Of a DNA stretch of 64,000 nt, positions 60,179 through 64,000 are shown in pieces (position 1 is the stretch's first letter; the number at the start of each line of letters is the position of its first letter). Position numbers and translations under genes: made by a program. The notes beneath the pieces were generated by a model. It was not told where the DNA came from and did not search any database. It was given only the letters and a program-made list of their open reading frames with translations. The DNA lies in the NCBI GenBank assembly GCA_965224705.1, contig OZ245056.1, forward strand, positions 704,001 to 768,000, written 5' to 3'. The DNA is from Spirochaetaceae bacterium (lineage in GTDB: Bacteria; Spirochaetota; Spirochaetia; DSM-2461).

Positions 60179-60346
60179 AAAGGCGCCTCTAAAAAACCCG
60201 CTTTCGGAATCTGGCACAGAGACTCTTCACTGATACAAGGCGACAAAAGCGGAGTGCAGCTGGGCGGCGGGAGCATTTTGGCAACGCAGCAGCAGTGGTA
60301 AAGATCAATCCAGAAACGGAATGGGTGTTCTTTAGAGGTGCCCTTT
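60179..60346 (+). repeat. Family A element, subfamily with AGGCGCCTCTAAA/TTTAGAGGTGCCCT ends
   Basis: Core CTGATACAAGGCGACAAAAGCGGAGTGCAGCTGGG...ATTTTGGCAACGCAGCAGCAG is shared with 1461-1625, but the terminal repeats differ. Confidence 0.85.
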
Positions 60347-60415
60347 GATAAAAGAGCCCGTTTCCTTGTTCGCTAACAGAGGAAAATGATATAATCAGCA
60401 TTATAGGGAGGGCAG

Positions 60416-61972
60416 GTGAATAGTCAGATTCACATGCATACAGAGAAGATCACACAAAACACAGAAGCCCTCCGCTGCTCAGTGAACGCCATCCTGGATT
60501 CAGAAACACGGGGGAAACTGGGGCAGTATATGACCCCATCAGCAACAGCACTGTTTATGGCCTCTCTCTTTCCTGAATCCACTCTCCCAGAACTGCGCCT
60601 ACTTGATCCTGGTGCCGGAATCGGGAGCCTCACCTCGGCTTTTGTCACCGAGGTGTCAAAGTGGAAGAACCTTGAGTTTCTGGAAGCCGATAGCTGGGAA
60701 ATAGACCCAACCATGCAGGAAAACCTCCGGCAGAATATGGAGTCTATCCAGAAAAGGGTCTCTTCTTTCTCCCTGTCCTATAATATCCATCAAGAGGACT
60801 TTATTGAATCGGTATCCCAGAAACTTGATACCGAAGGAGGGCTCTGGACGGAGCCGATCAAAAAATACACCCACTGTATTATGAATCCCCCCTATAGAAA
60901 GATACTCGCCTCTTCGCCCCATCGCCGCTGGCTGCGCTCTGCTGGAATCGAAACTGGAAACCTTTACACAGGGTTTGTGGCTCTGGCCTTGATGCTGATG
61001 GAAGAGGGCGGTCAGCTTGCGGCCATTATCCCCCGCAGTTTCTGCAACGGCCCATATTACCGGCCCTTTCGAGAACTTCTTTTGAAGAAATCAGCCATTC
61101 GCCATATACATCTCTTTGATTCCCGAAACAAAGCGTTTAAGGAGGATGGAGTACTTCAGGAAAACATCATTATCCTGCTGGAACGGAGCGGCTTACAGGA
61201 AGAAGTGACAATTTCCACCTCCAGTGATAACTGCTACTCTGATCATGAATCAAGAATTCTCCCTTTTGATCAGATAATATCCCCAGAGGACAAGGAGATT
61301 TTTATCCACATCCCACTCCCGGCACAAAAGGATCAAGCACCCGCCTTTACTTATCAGCGCCACCCCCTGGAATCCATTGAACTACAGGTATCAACAGGCC
61401 CTATTGTGGATTTCAGATTGAAAGAGTACCTAAAGTCCCTCCCGGAGGAAGCGACCGTTCCGCTCCTGTACTCCTGCCATTTCAAAGCCATGCGGACCAC
61501 CTGGCCTGTAGAGGGGAAAAAGCCGAACGCCATTATGAATAACAGGAAAACCTGGAAAGGATTTTTCCCCAAAGGATTCTATGTCGTTGTACGCCGGTTC
61601 TCTTCCAAAGAGGAAAAACGCCGAATCGTCGCCAGTGTGGTTACACCCGGTAGTTTTGCTGATTACGAATACCTGGCTTTTGAGAATCACCTGAATGTTT
61701 TTCACCAGAATAAACAGGGACTGGATGAATCTCTGGCCTGGGGACTGGCCGCTTTTCTAAACACAAAAACAGTTGATGAAGAGTTCCGGCTGTTCAGCGG
61801 TCATACACAGGTTAATGCCACAGACCTTCGCTCCATGCGTTTTCCGTCCAGTATTGTACTAAAGAGTCTGGGCGAGTGGGCAAAAAACCAGGCCGAATAT
61901 AACGATGATTCCACAGAAAAAAAATTGCGGGAAATAGAGCGATGGCAGAGCACAATAAAAACAGCCATATAG
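60416..61972 (+). CDS. N6-adenine DNA methyltransferase (BsuBI/PstI-type; Eco57I domain)
   Basis: LGQYMTP, motif I LDPGAGIG, motif IV NPPY, TGPIVDFR, RRFSSKEEKRR and ENHLN. Confidence 0.93.
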   Translation: MNSQIHMHTEKITQNTEALRCSVNAILDSETRGKLGQYMTPSATALFMASLFPESTLPELRLLDPGAGIGSLTSAFVTEVSKWKNLEFLEADSWEIDPTMQENLRQNMESIQKRVSSFSLSYNIHQEDFIESVSQKLDTEGGLWTEPIKKYTHCIMNPPYRKILASSPHRRWLRSAGIETGNLYTGFVALALMLMEEGGQLAAIIPRSFCNGPYYRPFRELLLKKSAIRHIHLFDSRNKAFKEDGVLQENIIILLERSGLQEEVTISTSSDNCYSDHESRILPFDQIISPEDKEIFIHIPLPAQKDQAPAFTYQRHPLESIELQVSTGPIVDFRLKEYLKSLPEEATVPLLYSCHFKAMRTTWPVEGKKPNAIMNNRKTWKGFFPKGFYVVVRRFSSKEEKRRIVASVVTPGSFADYEYLAFENHLNVFHQNKQGLDESLAWGLAAFLNTKTVDEEFRLFSGHTQVNATDLRSMRFPSSIVLKSLGEWAKNQAEYNDDSTEKKLREIERWQSTIKTAI

Positions 61973-62892
61973 GAGAAGCTCTTCACATCATCAAAGCATT
62001 GGGGCTTCCCAAGGGCCAGCACAATGAGCGGACAGCCCTCTGTCTTTTAGCTTTACTTAACCTGGAACAGAACAAGAAATGGAGTCAGGCAGAGAACCCG
62101 CTTATGGGCATCACGCCGATCATGGACTGGGCCAAAGATCATTACAGCAAAGAATACGCCCCTAATTCACGGGAAACCTTCCGCCGCTTCTCCATGCATC
62201 AATTTGTTGACTCAGGGATAGCCATATACAACCCGGATGAACCAAACCGGCCGGTTAACAGTCCTAATGTGGTTTATCAGATAGAGAGAAATGTTTTGAC
62301 TCTGCTGCGTTCATTTGAAACCGAACAGTGGAACGAAAACTTGGCCAAGTACTTATCCAAGCGAACAACTCTGGCTGACCAATACGCTATGGAGCGGGAA
62401 CAGAAACAAATCCCTGTCAGGGTTGCATGTGACAAGGAAATAACCCTCAGCCCCGGCAAACACAGTGAGCTGATCCGGGATATCATTACCCAATTTGCTC
62501 CACGGTTTATTCCCGGTGGAAAACTCGTGTATGTCGGAGATACAAGTAGTAAATGGGGTTATTTTGATGAACCCTTAGCTGAAAATCTGGGGATAGCAAC
62601 CGACAGCCACGGGAAAATGCCGGATGTCATTCTCTATTGTGAAAACCGTGACTGGCTGATTCTGGCCGAGGCTGTCACCAGTCATGGCCCGGTGAACGGC
62701 AAACGGCATTCTGAACTGGCGGAACTGTTTTTATCGGCCAGACCGGGATTGGTCTATGTCACAGCCTTCCCGGATCGCTCGGTAATGGGGCGGTATCAGG
62801 GAGAAATAGCCTGGGAAACTGAGGCTTGGGTAGCGGATAGCCCTTCGCATTTGATTCACTTTAACGGGGAGCGGTTTTTGGGGCCGTATTGA
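61942..62892 (+). CDS. BsuBI/PstI-family type II restriction endonuclease
   Basis: YAPNSRETFRR, LSPGKHS, HGKMPDV, EAVTSHGP, YVTAFP and IAWETEAW motifs. Confidence 0.93.
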   Translation: MAEHNKNSHIGEALHIIKALGLPKGQHNERTALCLLALLNLEQNKKWSQAENPLMGITPIMDWAKDHYSKEYAPNSRETFRRFSMHQFVDSGIAIYNPDEPNRPVNSPNVVYQIERNVLTLLRSFETEQWNENLAKYLSKRTTLADQYAMEREQKQIPVRVACDKEITLSPGKHSELIRDIITQFAPRFIPGGKLVYVGDTSSKWGYFDEPLAENLGIATDSHGKMPDVILYCENRDWLILAEAVTSHGPVNGKRHSELAELFLSARPGLVYVTAFPDRSVMGRYQGEIAWETEAWVADSPSHLIHFNGERFLGPY

Positions 62893-63134
62893 GGGGTTTG
62901 ATGTTGAAGCAACCGATTTCTCCGGCTGGGAGCAGGAACCTGTTTCAAGTCAGGGGCCCTTCCATACAGGTAAGTCAGAATGCAATGATTGGAGAAACCG
63001 CAAGGGAATTTTGATTTCTGCTATTACCCAGGTGCAAGGGTTTTGAGCAATTCTCCGCATTTACCTTGCATCTGCTTTTTCAAAAGTAGGCAGCAAGATT
63101 GCTTAAAAGCATTTACAATTTACCTTCAGGTTAC

Positions 63135-63151
63135 AACAAGCTTCCTGACAC
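63135..63151. repeat. Solo family B terminal repeat
   Basis: AACAAGCTTCCTGACAC (16/17 match to the 34765-34781 end). Confidence 0.6.
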
Positions 63152-63158
63152 TGTAAAT

Positions 63159-63475
63159 CTATTTCGCCGAAGTACTCCTGAGAATATCTTTGAATAACGT
63201 TACCCATTTTTCCAGTACGATGTCCTGACTGAACTTCTTGCAGCTTTGAATGCCGTTAGCGGCCATCTTCTGCCTCATGTTTTGAATGCACTTCGACGGC
63301 TTTTGTTATCGAAAGCCAGGAAGCTGCGCAGGCCGACAATGGGCATCAGGAAGATGGAGATGATGATGTGGGTTAAGGGGATCTGGGGTTTGTGGCGAAT
63401 ATTGGTGAAGCAGGAGCCGATTCTTCCGGACAGATCAACCTTGGTTTGAGCAGTCTGATGATATTCTTCATACAC
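63159..63475 (-). pseudogene. Gene debris: transposase-like N-terminal fragment joined to a glycosyltransferase C-terminal fragment
   Basis: 63275-63475 reads RHKPQIPLTHIIISIFLMPIVGLRSF (transposase-associated-like). 63159-63278 reads MRQKMAANGIQSCKKFSQDIVLEKWVTLF (GT-B terminal helix-like). Confidence 0.45.
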
Positions 63476-63675
63476 CCCTCAGGGAGTTTTACTATAGATC
63501 TTAACTTGGATTGAGGGATAGTTCTGGATTGCTGGGGCAGGATGAATGATTTTTTCTTTAGCTTGGGGAATTTCTATCCTGTACGGGCTAAAGTTTCTGT
63601 GGTAGTATTTATCTTCATAAGGCTCACCTTCTGGGTTAATTGGGTTTTTAGTCTTAATTCATTATATCACCAGGC

Positions 63676-64000
63676 TTATTTCTTACGCCCATCCACTACT
63701 GCCATCCACTTATCTCCAACTTTATGCAAATCCACATGATGCATACCTGCTGCATTCCATCCTCTACCTGTCATGGTTACTAACGGTTTTTCTGAAGCGA
63801 TTTTTTCCACATATGACTTCTCAGTCAGCTCAGCTATTTCAAACGCAAAAACCTGGATGCCATATTTCGGAAAATCATCCTGCGTCACCCTATACAGCCG
63901 GTCATTATAAGTAATAACTCTCCCCCCCGGTCTTGCGATATTCATATTAAATCTTATTATGGGATTCATTGGATGAGGTTTCCATTCTCCCAATAAACCG
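63676..64000 (-). CDS. C-terminal part of a GH43-like beta-propeller protein (glucosamine inositolphosphorylceramide transferase N-domain-like); start lies outside the window
   Basis: W.PHP.NPI..ARPGGR..LYR..QD..YG..V.AFEI..LT..GWN..GMHHVD. Confidence 0.7.
   Translation of the reverse strand, partial: GLLGEWKPHPMNPIIRFNMNIARPGGRVITYNDRLYRVTQDDFPKYGIQVFAFEIAELTEKSYVEKIASEKPLVTMTGRGWNAAGMHHVDLHKVGDKWMAVVDGRKK

Noticed and set aside
60416..62892. Avoidance of CTGCAG as evidence for R-M specificity
   Set aside because: CTGCAG occurs repeatedly in the window (e.g. near 3994, 4976 and 7321); no depletion can be claimed without counting.

Overview
A 64 kb window that looks like a free-living, anaerobic spirochaete chromosome (Spirochaetaceae-like), judged from gene order (rpsT-HU-bactofilin-rho-rpmE; M23-bactofilin-YaaR-PSP1; rplU-prp-rpmA-obgE-nadD-LCP). 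No database search was run, so all calls rest on motif recognition. From 1 to about 53 kb it is mostly housekeeping: clpS-clpA-aat, rho, ribosomal proteins, obgE, argA, tRNA-Asn, a four-subunit putatively electron-bifurcating [FeFe]-hydrogenase, ung, a two-component system with creD, gatCAB-aspS and gcvH. From about 53.2 kb it is accessory: nested palindromic repeats, a legionaminic-acid-type cluster lacking the CMP-activating enzyme, a BsuBI/PstI-family restriction-modification pair and gene debris. Most notable observations: (1) a NOX/ferric-reductase-type membrane flavocytochrome paired with an exported small protein carrying a DVISSAT flavinylation-like motif, with apbE in the same window, a candidate extracytosolic electron-transfer module; (2) a 165-bp palindromic repeat inserted twice in frame in the N-terminus of a DegT aminotransferase, with four more relatives in the window; (3) a cNMP-GGDEF / cNMP-GGDEF-DHH pair with complementary active-site degeneracies; (4) a galactokinase-like protein lacking catalytic residues; (5) several apparently leaderless genes; (6) a possible slippage frameshift at the start of the M23 peptidase.
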